Source of the DNA: an uncultured Armatimonadetes bacterium
GTDB taxonomy: Bacteria; Armatimonadota; Hebobacteria; Hebobacterales; Hebobacteraceae
Assembly: GCA_963716175.1 (NCBI GenBank)
Contig: OY970296.1
Coordinates: forward strand, 3,040,001 to 3,104,000
Reading direction: 5' to 3'
DNA length: 64,000 bases
The position numbers and the translations under genes were made by a program. Positions 47,250 to 57,299 of the stretch are shown piece by piece. Numbering within the stretch: position 1 is the first letter of the stretch; each line of letters starts with the position of its first letter. The notes beneath the pieces are model-generated. The model searched no databases, was not told where the DNA came from, and saw only the letters and a program-made list of their open reading frames with translations.

Positions 47250-49382
47250 ATGCCGCGCTTTGTGCTCGAGATCGGAACAGAGGAGATCCCGCCGCGCTAC
47301 TTCCCGGTGGCCCTGCCGCAACTCAAGGCCGACGGCGAGGCGATGCTGGCGCGCGCCCGGCTCAGCTTTCGGGAGGTGAGAGTCTACGGCACTCCTCGGC
47401 GGCTCGCGCTGATCGCGGAGGAGATGGCCGCCGTTCAGGCTCCGGCGGTGAGAGAGGAGCGCGGCCCCGCCGCCCGGGTCGCGTTCGACGCCGAAGGCAA
47501 GCCCACCAAGGCCGCCATCGGCTTCGCCCGGCGCCATGGGCTCGCGCCGCAGGACTTGGTGACCAAGCAGACCGACCAGGGCGAATACGTCTTCGCCGTG
47601 ATCCAGGAGCCCGAGGCCCCGGCAAAGGATGCCCTGGCCCCACTCCTACCTGCGCTCATTACCGGCATTCCCTTCCCGAAGGCCATGCGCTGGGGACGCG
47701 GCGCCCTCCGCTTCGGCCGCCCCATCCGCTGGCTGCTGGCCCTGGTGGATGACCAGGTGGTGGAGTTCGAGCTGGATGGAATCAAGAGCGGCCGGCTGAC
47801 GCGGGGCCACCCGGCGCTGGCCGATGGGATGTTTGAGGTGAGGAGCGCGGGAGAGTATGAGGGGGTGCTGAAGGAGCGCAAGGTGGTCATATCTGCGGCC
47901 GAGCGCGAGGGAAACATCTTCAGCCAGCTCCAGACGATAGCGACTGCGGAAGGTGGTGAAGCGGTTGGTGTTGAGCCCGAGTACTGGCACCGCCGTTCCG
48001 AGTTGGCGCTGGATGTGATTGTTCATGACCGCGATAGGTTCGAACAAGAAATGAGCGAGAGCTTGCTCACCCAGACAGCCTTTCTGGTTGAGCAGCCAAC
48101 CGCGGCGAAGGGCAGCTTCGATGCAGCGTTTCTCACCCTCCCCCCGCCGGTGCTCGAAGCCGAGATGATAGATGTGCAAAGCTACTTCCCTCTTGCAGAC
48201 GCGCAAGGAAGGCTTCTGCCCACCTTCATCGCGGTCCGCGACGGGGGCAGAGATTACCTCGAGACTGTGGTGGAGGGCTGGCAGAACGTGCTCCGCGCCA
48301 AGCTCATAGACGCCAAGTACTTCTACGAGCAGGACCTGAAGAGACCCCTCGCAGACCGGGTCGAGGACCTCAGCGGCGTCGTCTTCCATGAACTCGCCGG
48401 CACCATGTACGACAAGATGGAGGCTGTCCGCCGCACTGCCCAGGAGGCCGCCAGCCAGCTCGGGCTCGAGGACGAGGCGAAGACTCTCGATCGCGCCGCC
48501 TATCTCTGCAAGGCCGACCTCACCACTGAGCTCGTCCGCGAACTGCCAAACCTGCAGGGCGTGATGGGTGGTATCTACGCGAGGTGTTCCGGCGAGTCGG
48601 ACGAGGTGGCCAACGCCATCGTAGAGCACTACCATCCGCGCTTCGCAGGCGACGACCTGCCCGTTTCGCCAGTGGGTCGTGCTCTAGCGCTCTCCGATAA
48701 GTTTAGCACCCTCGCCGTGCTCGTCGCCGTTGCCGGAGTCTCGTCAGGCTCCACTGATCCCTATGGGCTTCGCAGAGAGGCTTCGGGCGTAGTCCGCATT
48801 GCTGTCGAGATTGGCCGCCCAGGATCCGTCCGGCGGCTGGTAGAACGAGCGTTGGGGCGACTCGCACAGCAGGCCCCGACGGCAGTTGACCAGGTGATGG
48901 ACTTCCTGCGGCAGCGGCTCGAGACCCATCTGCGGCAGGAGGCGGGCATCCGCTACGACCTGGTGCAAGCCGCGCTGGCGGTGGGAGCGGATGATATCCG
49001 CCTCGCCTCCGCTCGCGCCCACGCGCTGGATCTGCTGAGCGCGCACGAGGATTTCTTGCCCACCGTCATCGCCACCACCCGTGTCAGCAACATCGTGAAG
49101 GGCTTCGAGGGCGGCGAGCCCGACCCCGCTCTGTTCCGGGAGGAGGCCGAGACGGGACTCTGGCAGGCCTACCAGCAAGCGCTGCGGGAGGCCGAGACGG
49201 CCAATCTCATGGAGTTGTTCGGCCTCTTCGGCCGCCTCCGAGAGCCCATCAACCGCTACTTCGACGAAGTGCTGGTGATGCACGAGGATGAGAAGATCAG
49301 GCGCAACCGGCTGGCGATGTGCTGGCAGATCAACCAGCTCTTCCGCCGCCTCGCCGATTTCACGCTGATCGTGCAGGTGTAG
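47250..49382 (+). CDS. glyS: Glycine--tRNA ligase beta subunit
   Basis: LEIGTEEIP, TPRRLA, FPKAMRWG, LQGVMGGIYA, DPYGLRR, IRRNRLA. Confidence 0.95.
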   Translation: MPRFVLEIGTEEIPPRYFPVALPQLKADGEAMLARARLSFREVRVYGTPRRLALIAEEMAAVQAPAVREERGPAARVAFDAEGKPTKAAIGFARRHGLAPQDLVTKQTDQGEYVFAVIQEPEAPAKDALAPLLPALITGIPFPKAMRWGRGALRFGRPIRWLLALVDDQVVEFELDGIKSGRLTRGHPALADGMFEVRSAGEYEGVLKERKVVISAAEREGNIFSQLQTIATAEGGEAVGVEPEYWHRRSELALDVIVHDRDRFEQEMSESLLTQTAFLVEQPTAAKGSFDAAFLTLPPPVLEAEMIDVQSYFPLADAQGRLLPTFIAVRDGGRDYLETVVEGWQNVLRAKLIDAKYFYEQDLKRPLADRVEDLSGVVFHELAGTMYDKMEAVRRTAQEAASQLGLEDEAKTLDRAAYLCKADLTTELVRELPNLQGVMGGIYARCSGESDEVANAIVEHYHPRFAGDDLPVSPVGRALALSDKFSTLAVLVAVAGVSSGSTDPYGLRREASGVVRIAVEIGRPGSVRRLVERALGRLAQQAPTAVDQVMDFLRQRLETHLRQEAGIRYDLVQAALAVGADDIRLASARAHALDLLSAHEDFLPTVIATTRVSNIVKGFEGGEPDPALFREEAETGLWQAYQQALREAETANLMELFGLFGRLREPINRYFDEVLVMHEDEKIRRNRLAMCWQINQLFRRLADFTLIVQV

Positions 49383-49476
49383 GGCGGGCATGCCCATGCC
49401 CGCCGGGCAGGTCGCGGACCTGCCCTACCCGTTGGGCCGGAAAGGTGTGTTGTAGGGCGGCCATGCGCAGGTCGCC
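49378..49476. repeat. Cluster of three REP-like palindromes after glyS
   Basis: TGTAGGGCGGGCATGCCCATGCCCGCC; GGGCAGGTCGCGGACCTGCCCTAC (inverted); TGTAGGGCGGCCATGCGCAGGTCGCC. Confidence 0.8.
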
Positions 49477-49518
49477 TCTCGCGACCAAGCATCGCCGCCG
49501 GGCACCGGCATCACCGAG

Positions 49519-50569
49519 ATGATGACGCCACGCGAAGAACGCGAGCAACTTGAAGACCAGATCCTCTCCCCGCTCTCCGCGCGGAGCGCTCACAGCCGCG
49601 GCCGGGAACGCCCCGAGGACCCCTGCCCCATCCGCACCGCCTTCCAGCGAGACCGCGACCGCATCATCCACTCCAAGGCCTTCCGCCGCCTCACCTACAA
49701 AACCCAGGTGTTCATAGCCCCGGAGGCGGATCACTTCCGCACTCGCCTCACCCATAGCCTGGAGGTGGCGCAGATCGCCCGCACCATCGCCCGCGCCCTG
49801 CGCCTGAACGAAGACCTGACCGAGGCCATCGCGCTGGGCCACGACCTCGGGCACACTCCCTTCGGGCACGCCGGAGAGTGGGCGCTGGAAGCGGCCTACC
49901 GCGAGTTCGACCCCGAGGGCCCGCTTCCGCCATGCCGAGCAGAGCCTGCGCGTAGTGCAGGTGCTGGAGAAAGACGGGGAGGGCCTGAACCTCACCTGGG
50001 AGGTGAGGGATGGCATCGCCAACCACAGCAAGGGAATGGAGGATCTGCCGAGAGAGGCCGGCTCCGGCCCCGCCACGCTGGAGGGGGAGGTGGTGATGTA
50101 TGCGGATCGGGTGGGCTACATCAACCACGACATAGACGATGCCATCCGGGCCGGGCTGATCACTGCCGCGTCTCTTCCCCCGGAGTGCATCTCCGTGCTG
50201 GGAGACACCCATGCCCGCCGCATCACCACCATGGTCAGCGACATCGTCCAGCACAGCCAGGGCCAGCCCGCCCTCGCCATGGGAGCGGGAGTCCAGCATG
50301 CCACCAACTGCCTGAAGGACTTCCTGTTCGACCGGGTTTACACCTCCGGCGGGACGGAAGAGGCGGCCCAGGTAGAGCGTGTGATCGAGCACCTGTTCCG
50401 GTTCTACATGGAGCGCCCGGAGCAGGTGCCGGGCGGCCGGGAAGCGGCCGGCGACCAGCGCCGGCTGGCGCGCGTTGTCTGTGATTACCTGGCGGGCATG
50501 ACTGACCGCTTCGCCGCCCAGCAGTTCCTCCAGTTCTTCCTGCCGCGTCGCTGGTGGCGGGGAGCCTGA
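49519..50569 (+). CDS. dgt: dGTP triphosphohydrolase-like HD protein (one-base frameshift near 49918)
   Basis: [45 protein letters not shown]; second frame GLNLTWEV...[11 protein letters not shown]. Confidence 0.92.
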
Positions 50570-50650
50570 GGGGCCGCGACTTTCGCTGGCCCCGAGTGTC
50601 GGTGATAATAGGGAGGGTGTGCCCGCGCGGAGGCTCTTGTCGGGGGCTCT

Positions 50651-52618
50651 TTGGTTGTGAGCCGGGAAGGTCCTGGTGCTTTGACCGAGCGCGAACTGTC
50701 CCGCCCCGGATCGCCGGGGAGTGGCGCAGGGAGCAGACTGCGGCCATTTCTTGCCTACTTGCTGCTGTGCCTGGTGGCGGGGCCTGTGCTGGCCCGGGCC
50801 ACTACCGGCCAGCGGCAAGGCGAGCAAGTTGCCCATCAGCAGCCAGATGGAAGCTTCGTCGTGCAGGGCCGCACCTACCAGGCGGTGATCGGAGCAGACG
50901 GAAACCTCCATTCGCTCCGGGTGGGCGAGGCCGAGATGCTCGATGACAGCGTCGCCATCTCTCTGGGCGCTTTCTTCTACGCCGACGGTCCCCGCAAGCT
51001 GAGCACCATCACCCTGCTCAACCCCACCACGGTGGAGGCGACCGACGGGACCTACCGCGCGCAATACCGCTTCTCCCGGAAAGAGGTCCAGGTCACTCTC
51101 ACCAACCGGGGCCGTGCTCCCGTCCCCTACTTCGTGGTGCTCTCCCCACAGATCACCGTCGTCTCTAACTCTCACACGGGCGAGGCGGCGGCCGCCGCCG
51201 TCACCCAGAGCTGGGGAGAGGTCCGCTGCAGCACCGAGAAAGGCGCCTATCTCGAGCTCCGCGGCGGCTCTCGCGTCTGGGGTCCGTGGCTGGGCCGGCA
51301 GGTCTGGGAGGTAAGCCGTCTGGCCCCGGATCAGCGTCGGGAGATTCGCCTCGAGGCCGGGGTTGGCGAGCCGCCGAAGCCGACGCTCGAGCAGCTTGTC
51401 GGCGCCCGGGTCAGAGTCGGCTCCTCGGATGGACTGGTGCGCGTGGACAACCCTATCACCCTGCAAGTGTCGGTCGAGAACCGCTCCGACACTACCCTGG
51501 ACAGCCAGATCGCGATGGAGCTTTCCGCCTCCCGCAGCGACCAGGTGATCTATGCCGCCACCCCGCTTCAACTGCCGGCCAAACAGGCCGTCGTCGCCAC
51601 CTTCAAGGCCGCCGTGGAGGCCCCCGACTTCTACCACGTTCTCGTCACGGTTTCGGCTCAGGGGCGCGACCTGACCACAGTCCGCGGCGCCGCCGGCTAT
51701 CGGGTGGCCGAGATCCTGCCTCGCGTGAGCCGCCCATCTGGCTTTGGCGAATTCTGGCAGCATCTGGTGGCCGAGACCGGGGACCAGGCTCCGGAGTTTC
51801 GGCTCGACCTGGCGGAGGGCCGATCGCGGGACGAAATCGCGGTCTGGGTGGCGCGCTACGCCAGCATGGCCCACAAGACCGTCTACGGCTGGTATCTCTG
51901 CCCCAATGCACCCGGTTGCCATCCCGCCGTCCTCTATCTGTCTGGTTACGGCGCGCGTCCGGTGGCGCCACCTCTCGCCCTTGCCAAACAAGGCTATGTG
52001 GTGCTCGCCATAGATGTGCGGGGCAACCCAGTGGACAAGCACCGTCCCCACCCGTTTGAGGATTACTGCACTGAGGGGATCACCTCCCCTGGTGCCTATG
52101 TCTATGGCGAGATCGTGGGCCACGCGCTGCGCGCCGTCAGCTTCCTCGCCTCCCGCCCAGAGGTGGACCCGAGTCGTATCGCCGTAGTGGGGGTGAGCGA
52201 GGGCGGCGGCGTCGGCCTGATCCTGGGGGCGTTGCTGCCTCAGGTCAAGGCGGTGGTAGCTGACGCTCCCATGCTCTGCGATTTCCCGCTCTCCTTGCGT
52301 GCCGCGGCCTGGCCCTACACTGAGATCGTGCGCTACACCCAGCGCCACTCCGAGCAGGCCGCCCAGGTACAGGAGACCCTGGCCTATTTCGATGTGGTGA
52401 ACTTTGCTCCCGACATCAAGTGCCCGGTCCTGGTCAGCACCGGATTCCTCGACCCGGTCTCTCTCCCCGCCGCAGTCTACGGCATGTTCAATCTGTTGGG
52501 GGGTCCGAAGGAGATCAGGCCTCTGCCCGAGGCCGGACACGAGGGCGGCGGGCAGGATCTCTGGGCGTTCAAGCTGGCCTGGTTGGCCCAGCACCTGACC
52601 CCAGCGCCAGCGCGCTAG
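50651..52618 (+). CDS. Acetylxylan esterase/cephalosporin deacetylase-like alpha/beta hydrolase with N-terminal extra domains (start uncertain)
   Basis: RPSGFGEFW, GVSEGG nucleophile elbow, YFDVVNFA, D.VSLP, AGHEG. Confidence 0.85.
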   Translation: MVVSREGPGALTERELSRPGSPGSGAGSRLRPFLAYLLLCLVAGPVLARATTGQRQGEQVAHQQPDGSFVVQGRTYQAVIGADGNLHSLRVGEAEMLDDSVAISLGAFFYADGPRKLSTITLLNPTTVEATDGTYRAQYRFSRKEVQVTLTNRGRAPVPYFVVLSPQITVVSNSHTGEAAAAAVTQSWGEVRCSTEKGAYLELRGGSRVWGPWLGRQVWEVSRLAPDQRREIRLEAGVGEPPKPTLEQLVGARVRVGSSDGLVRVDNPITLQVSVENRSDTTLDSQIAMELSASRSDQVIYAATPLQLPAKQAVVATFKAAVEAPDFYHVLVTVSAQGRDLTTVRGAAGYRVAEILPRVSRPSGFGEFWQHLVAETGDQAPEFRLDLAEGRSRDEIAVWVARYASMAHKTVYGWYLCPNAPGCHPAVLYLSGYGARPVAPPLALAKQGYVVLAIDVRGNPVDKHRPHPFEDYCTEGITSPGAYVYGEIVGHALRAVSFLASRPEVDPSRIAVVGVSEGGGVGLILGALLPQVKAVVADAPMLCDFPLSLRAAAWPYTEIVRYTQRHSEQAAQVQETLAYFDVVNFAPDIKCPVLVSTGFLDPVSLPAAVYGMFNLLGGPKEIRPLPEAGHEGGGQDLWAFKLAWLAQHLTPAPAR

Positions 52619-52632
52619 CTGAGGCAGACCCG

Positions 52633-53526
52633 GTGACCGGCCGCCTGCCTCCTGGTCCGGACCCCACCTCCGCGATCGCGCTGCGCGGCCTCTTCCGCCA
52701 GTACGGCTTCCGCCCCCGCCGCTCCCTGGGCCAGACCTTCCTCACCGATGCCAACATCGTCGCCAAGATCGTGGCCGCCACCGAGCTGGCCGGGGCCGAA
52801 TCCGTGCTGGAAATCGGACCCGGCGCCGGGGCTGTGACCCGGGCGCTGGCCGCGGCTGCGGCTCGCGTGATGGCGATCGAGATAGACCCCACGCTGGTCG
52901 CCATCCTCCGCGAGACTGTAGGCGACGCGGCCCAGGTGATCGAGGCCGACGTGCTCGCGGTGGACTGGCCCCAACTGCTGGGGCAGGGGCGCCAGGGGCG
53001 CTGGCGCGTGGTGGCGAATCTGCCCTATGCCATCACCGGCCCGGCGATTCTGCACCTGCTCGCGGCCCGGGACTGGGTTGAGCGCTTGGTGATCATGGTG
53101 CAAGCAGAGGTAGCGGAGAGGCTGATGGCTCCCCCGGGCGGGAGGGAGCGCGGGCTGCTCTCGGTGGTGGTGCAGGCGGCCTGCCAGGTGAAGTTGGTAT
53201 GGCGCGTGGCGCGCACCTGTTTCTGGCCTCAGCCGGCCGTGGATTCAGCTATCCTCGGCCTTTCGGTGCGGCGTCCGCCCCTCGTCCCAGACGAGCTGCA
53301 GCCAGCTTTCATGGAAGTGGTGCGGGCAGGATTCGCGGTCAGGCGCAAGACGCTTCTCAACGCCCTCGCTCACTCATCCCAGCTCGGGCTCACCAAACAG
53401 GATGCACGGCGCTTGCTTGACTTCTGCGGGATTGACGAGAGCCGCCGCGCCGAGACCCTGAGTGAGTTGGAATTCCTCACGCTGGCGGAGGCGCTGGCCG
53501 CCCGTGGAGGAGAGGCCCCGCGGTGA
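52633..53526 (+). CDS. rsmA: 16S rRNA adenine dimethyltransferase
   Basis: RRSLGQTFL, LEIGPGAG, ANLPYAIT, RRKTL.N, RAETLS. Confidence 0.95.
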   Translation: MTGRLPPGPDPTSAIALRGLFRQYGFRPRRSLGQTFLTDANIVAKIVAATELAGAESVLEIGPGAGAVTRALAAAAARVMAIEIDPTLVAILRETVGDAAQVIEADVLAVDWPQLLGQGRQGRWRVVANLPYAITGPAILHLLAARDWVERLVIMVQAEVAERLMAPPGGRERGLLSVVVQAACQVKLVWRVARTCFWPQPAVDSAILGLSVRRPPLVPDELQPAFMEVVRAGFAVRRKTLLNALAHSSQLGLTKQDARRLLDFCGIDESRRAETLSELEFLTLAEALAARGGEAPR

Positions 53527-54443
53527 CAGGTCTCACGGTGCGCACCTGCGCCAAGGTCAACTTCTGCCTCCGGGTGCTGGGCCGGAGGGCAGACGGCTAC
53601 CACAATGTGGAGACAGTCTTGCAGACCATCGGCCTCTGGGATCAGGTGCGGCTCGCGGTTCTGCCCGGGGATCGGCAGATCAGGCTTCAGGCCGCCCCGC
53701 CCGAGGTCCCGGCCGATGAGACCAACACCTGCTGGCGCGCGGCTAGCCTCCTGGCGGAGCGAGCCCGGGTTTCCGATGGCGCGGTCATCGCTTTGGAGAA
53801 GGGGATTCCCGTGGGCGCGGGGCTGGGCGGCGGCAGCAGCGATGCTGCCGCCACCCTCACGGGCCTGGCCCGGCTGTGGGGCCTGGGGCTCTCCCAGGAG
53901 GAACTCGAGGAGATAGGGGCTCAGGTGGGCGCCGATGTGCCGTTCTTCCTGCGCGACGGCTGCTGCCTCGCCCGTGGCCGGGGTGAGAAGCTGGAGGCCC
54001 TTTCTCATGTTGCCCTTTGGCTGGTGATCGTCGTCCCCGAGCGGCGAGTGGTGACGGCGCAGGCCTATGCCGCGCTCAGGCGCGGCGCCACTCGGGGGCG
54101 GCGCCGCGGGGTGACGCGCGCGGTTCAGCGCACCCTGGCCGCGATCGAGGTGGGCACGCCGGAGGCGCTGGCCAGCGCGCTGCACAACGATTTCGAGGAC
54201 CTGCCCATGACTGGGATAGAGGAGGCCCATCAGGCAAAGGCCGCGCTGCTGGAGGCCGGATGCCTGGGCGCCGGCCTCGCCGGCAGCGGCTCAGGGGCCT
54301 TCGGCATCGCCGCGGATCGAGAGTCGGCCGAACGCGCCGCGCCGCGGCTGCGAGCCTCTTGGCACTGGGTCCAGGTCGCGCCCACGCTGCCGCCGGGCGA
54401 GAGCATGTTGATCTCGGAGGCCCCGGACCTCATGCCAACATGA
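53523..54443 (+). CDS. ispE: 4-diphosphocytidyl-2-C-methyl-D-erythritol kinase
   Basis: AKVNFCL, DGYH, IPVGAGLGGGSSDAA, GADVPFF. Confidence 0.95.
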   Translation: MTGLTVRTCAKVNFCLRVLGRRADGYHNVETVLQTIGLWDQVRLAVLPGDRQIRLQAAPPEVPADETNTCWRAASLLAERARVSDGAVIALEKGIPVGAGLGGGSSDAAATLTGLARLWGLGLSQEELEEIGAQVGADVPFFLRDGCCLARGRGEKLEALSHVALWLVIVVPERRVVTAQAYAALRRGATRGRRRGVTRAVQRTLAAIEVGTPEALASALHNDFEDLPMTGIEEAHQAKAALLEAGCLGAGLAGSGSGAFGIAADRESAERAAPRLRASWHWVQVAPTLPPGESMLISEAPDLMPT

Positions 54444-55207
54444 TTGATGCGGTGGTGCTGGCCGGGGGCGAGGACAAGGGCGACATCGCCGCCCAGACCG
54501 GGGAGGTGCACCGGGCCCTGCTGGAGGTTGGCGGCCGGCCTATCGTGCGCCGCATCGCCGCCGCTCTGCGCGGCGCCTCCGAGATCGGCAAGGTGGCCCT
54601 GGTGGCCCCCTCCCCGGTGCAGGCCGCGGTCTCGGATGACGCGGTTGACCTGCGAGTGGAGGCGGCCGATAGCTTCGCAGAGAACGTGGCCCGGGGCGTA
54701 GAGGCGACCGCGCCTGGCAGCGACCAGGTGCTGGTGCTCACTGGCGACCTGCCCCTGATCACCCCGGCCGCGATCAACGACTTCGTGCGTCAGTCCGTCG
54801 CCTCGCGGGCCGATGTCACCTATTCCATCATCCCCAGGGAATCGTGCGAGCGCCGCTTCCCGGAGGGGAGGCGCACCTATGCCCGCTTGCGCGAAGGCAC
54901 GTTCACGGGCGGCAACGCGGTGGTGCTCACCAGGGAATTCGTGCGCCTGCGCCAGGAGCTGATCGCCCGGCTCTATGCCGCGCGCAAGAACCCGCTCCAG
55001 CTGGCCGCGCTGCTCGGGATTCAGTTCCTCATCGGGCTGCTCACCCACCGGCTGACACTGCCCCAGCTCGAGGCCAGGGCCAGCCACATCGTCAGGGGCC
55101 GGGTGGTGGCCGTCATCAGCACCTACCCGGAGCTGGGCTTCGACGTGGACAAGCTGCAGGACCTCTACCTGGCGCGTCGGGTCGCCGATTCCTTCGACGC
55201 ACTGTAG
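54440..55207 (+). CDS. MobA-like NTP transferase family protein
   Basis: DAVVLAGG, TGDLPLIT, FTGGN, GFDVDK. Confidence 0.85.
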   Translation: MIDAVVLAGGEDKGDIAAQTGEVHRALLEVGGRPIVRRIAAALRGASEIGKVALVAPSPVQAAVSDDAVDLRVEAADSFAENVARGVEATAPGSDQVLVLTGDLPLITPAAINDFVRQSVASRADVTYSIIPRESCERRFPEGRRTYARLREGTFTGGNAVVLTREFVRLRQELIARLYAARKNPLQLAALLGIQFLIGLLTHRLTLPQLEARASHIVRGRVVAVISTYPELGFDVDKLQDLYLARRVADSFDAL

Positions 55208-55226
55208 GGCGCCGTCTCCCGGCCCT
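55203..55226 (+). repeat. GTAG-headed palindrome over stop codon
   Basis: TGTAGGGCGCCGTCTCCCGGCCCT (imperfect). Confidence 0.5.
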
Positions 55227-55464
55227 TACCGCGCCTTTGGGGACGCGGGGGGAGAACTGAGGGGGAGGGTCCTCCCTCCCCCTTCGAAGTGCGCGCAGGT
55301 AATGGTCATCCACCAACAAGCTTGACACTGGCGATGAGCAGGCCCAGTACTCGCGTCGTCGGGTGCGGGCCCTGCCTGACGGTCAGGTTCTGAGCGCCGC
55401 GCCACGCCGATAGGACCAGACGGGGCCCGCATCGGCAGGGACGCCAGAGTTCTGGGGTCCGGGG

Positions 55465-56175
55465 GTGCCGCCTGTGGCCACGGTGCGGTGTCCGAAGTGC
55501 GGGACCATCAACCCCGGCGGCGGCCGACGCCTGGCCCGCTGTCGCTCGTGCCGGGAAGCCCTGGGGAAATGCCGCTACTGTCGCTACTTCGATGCTCGTC
55601 TGCTGGACTGCGTGCACTTGGCGCGCCGCAGCGACGAGCGGATACTCGATGCCGACGAGGTGCTGAACTGCGCCTACTTCCAGACCGTCTTGACCGACCG
55701 ACCGCTGTCCAGGGCCCTCCCCCTGCTACGCGCCATGTCCATCTCCGTCGTTCTGGGCCTGGGCCTGATGCTGGGCCTGCTTCGGCTGGTCAGCCCGCGC
55801 CGGGCTCCGCCGCCGGCCTCTCTGCGAACCAGCGTCAGCGCCCCGGCCACCGCCTTCCAGGAGGAGGGCTTGGAGATCAAGGTCCTGGTGCGCAACGAGG
55901 CCGACCAGCCCGCTCACGACATCCGGGTCATCCTGTCCGGCCGCAGCATGCGCTATCTGGTGTGTCAGGCCGTGGATCCGGCCGAGGCCTTCGAGGAAGC
56001 CACTCCGCAGTACGTCTCCGCTTGGTTGGGCGACGTGGAACCAGGCGAGATCGGGGCGGCGTCGTTTCGCTTCACCTCCAACACCATCGGGAAGCTGGAC
56101 CTGGCCGCGCATATCACCGCGAGCAATGTCTCGGTGCCCACCAAGACGCCCATCGAGTGCGAGGTGATGCCGTAG
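55465..56175 (+). CDS. Hypothetical protein: Cys-rich zinc-ribbon N-terminus, TM, Ig-like C-terminus
   Basis: CPKC..CRSC..CRYC; hydrophobic segment; beta-rich tail. Confidence 0.75.
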   Translation: MPPVATVRCPKCGTINPGGGRRLARCRSCREALGKCRYCRYFDARLLDCVHLARRSDERILDADEVLNCAYFQTVLTDRPLSRALPLLRAMSISVVLGLGLMLGLLRLVSPRRAPPPASLRTSVSAPATAFQEEGLEIKVLVRNEADQPAHDIRVILSGRSMRYLVCQAVDPAEAFEEATPQYVSAWLGDVEPGEIGAASFRFTSNTIGKLDLAAHITASNVSVPTKTPIECEVMP

Positions 56176-56194
56176 GGGCGGGATCCGTCCCGCC
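56172..56194 (+). repeat. GTAG-type palindrome over stop codon
   Basis: GTAGGGGCGGGATCCGTCCCGCC. Confidence 0.7.
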
Positions 56195-56239
56195 TGCCTG
56201 TTCGCGCCGGTCCCATCCCCGGTCCACGGAAGAGATGCC

Positions 56240-57091
56240 ATGAAACCCGGCCGCATTGACCTGCATGTGCACACCACCGCCTCCGACGGCAGCCTCTCGC
56301 CAGCCGAGATGGTGCGGGAGGCGGCCGAGCGGGGCATCTCACTGCTTGGGATCACCGATCACGACACCACCGAGGGGATCGCAGCCGCCCAGGCCGCCGC
56401 CCGTGAGATGGGCATCACGTTGGTGCCCGGCGTGGAGCTGAGCGCGGACTCGGAGGCCCAGGACATCCACCTGCTGGCCTACTTCATCAACCCCGATGAC
56501 CCCGACCTGCAATCACTGCTGACCGCGCTGCGAGAGACGCGGAATGCGCGCAATGAGCGCATCCTGGAAAGGCTGCGATCCTTGGGCGCGCCAGTGTGCG
56601 CAGAGCGGGTGGCCGAGATCGCGGGGTCCGGCTCTGTCGGTCGGCCCCATATTGCGGAGGCCTTGGTGGAGGCCGGGCACGTCACCTCCCGCAATGAAGC
56701 TTTCTCTCGCTACCTGGCGCGCGGCAAGCCGGCCTTCGTGACGCGGGCGCGGTTCACCCCGGCCGAGGCTTGCGCCCTCATCGAGCGCGCCGGCGGCATC
56801 GCCGTGCTCGGGCATGCCGCCAAGATCGGCTCCCGCGCGGCGATTGAGGAAGTGCTGGCCGCCGGCCTTGATGGCATTGAGGTCTATCACACCGACCACA
56901 CGGCGAAGGACGTTGACATGCTGCTGGCGCTGGCGAGAGAGAAGTCGCTGCTGGTGACCGGGGGCACCGATTCCCACGGCCCCCACTCCGACCGCCCGCT
57001 GGCCCTCGGCAGCGTCACCGTGCCGGAGTGGGTGAGGGAGGAGGTGCTGGGGAGAGCGCCCGAGTGGTGGCGGAGATTGAACCGCAGATGA
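56240..57091 (+). CDS. PHP-domain phosphoesterase (TrpH/YciV-like)
   Basis: DLHVHTTASDG, ITDHDT, PGVELS, GRPHIA, GGTDSHG. Confidence 0.92.
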   Translation: MKPGRIDLHVHTTASDGSLSPAEMVREAAERGISLLGITDHDTTEGIAAAQAAAREMGITLVPGVELSADSEAQDIHLLAYFINPDDPDLQSLLTALRETRNARNERILERLRSLGAPVCAERVAEIAGSGSVGRPHIAEALVEAGHVTSRNEAFSRYLARGKPAFVTRARFTPAEACALIERAGGIAVLGHAAKIGSRAAIEEVLAAGLDGIEVYHTDHTAKDVDMLLALAREKSLLVTGGTDSHGPHSDRPLALGSVTVPEWVREEVLGRAPEWWRRLNRR

Positions 57092-57120
57092 AGGTCCATG
57101 AGCCCAGATGCACAGGCGCG

Positions 57121-57252
57121 ATGCTGCCCATCATAGACAAGGTGCTGGCCTACGTCACGCGCGACGATCGGCTGCTGGTGTTCACTGAGCCCTGCGAGGG
57201 CCGGGCGGGCGCGGGGCGAGGTCGTCGTCCATCTGCGTTGATCCGCGGCTAG
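57121..57252 (+). pseudogene. Truncated NUDIX-hydrolase-like remnant
   Basis: IDKVLAYVTRDDRLLVFTEP resembles NUDIX N-termini; no Nudix box follows. Confidence 0.45.
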
Positions 57253-57299
57253 AGCGCGGTGGCAGGTTCGCTCGCGCTCCCTCCCGAAGTCACTCGCTC

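Noticed and set aside
47950-48060. About 20-aa extra segment in GlyS as a REP insertion
   Set aside because: No palindrome or match to the repeat families seen
55358-55436. SRP RNA, 6S RNA or fluoride riboswitch
   Set aside because: Lacks the SRP GGAAG-loop/AGCAG signature, 6S length and bubble, and the crcB consensus; kept only as an unassigned candidate
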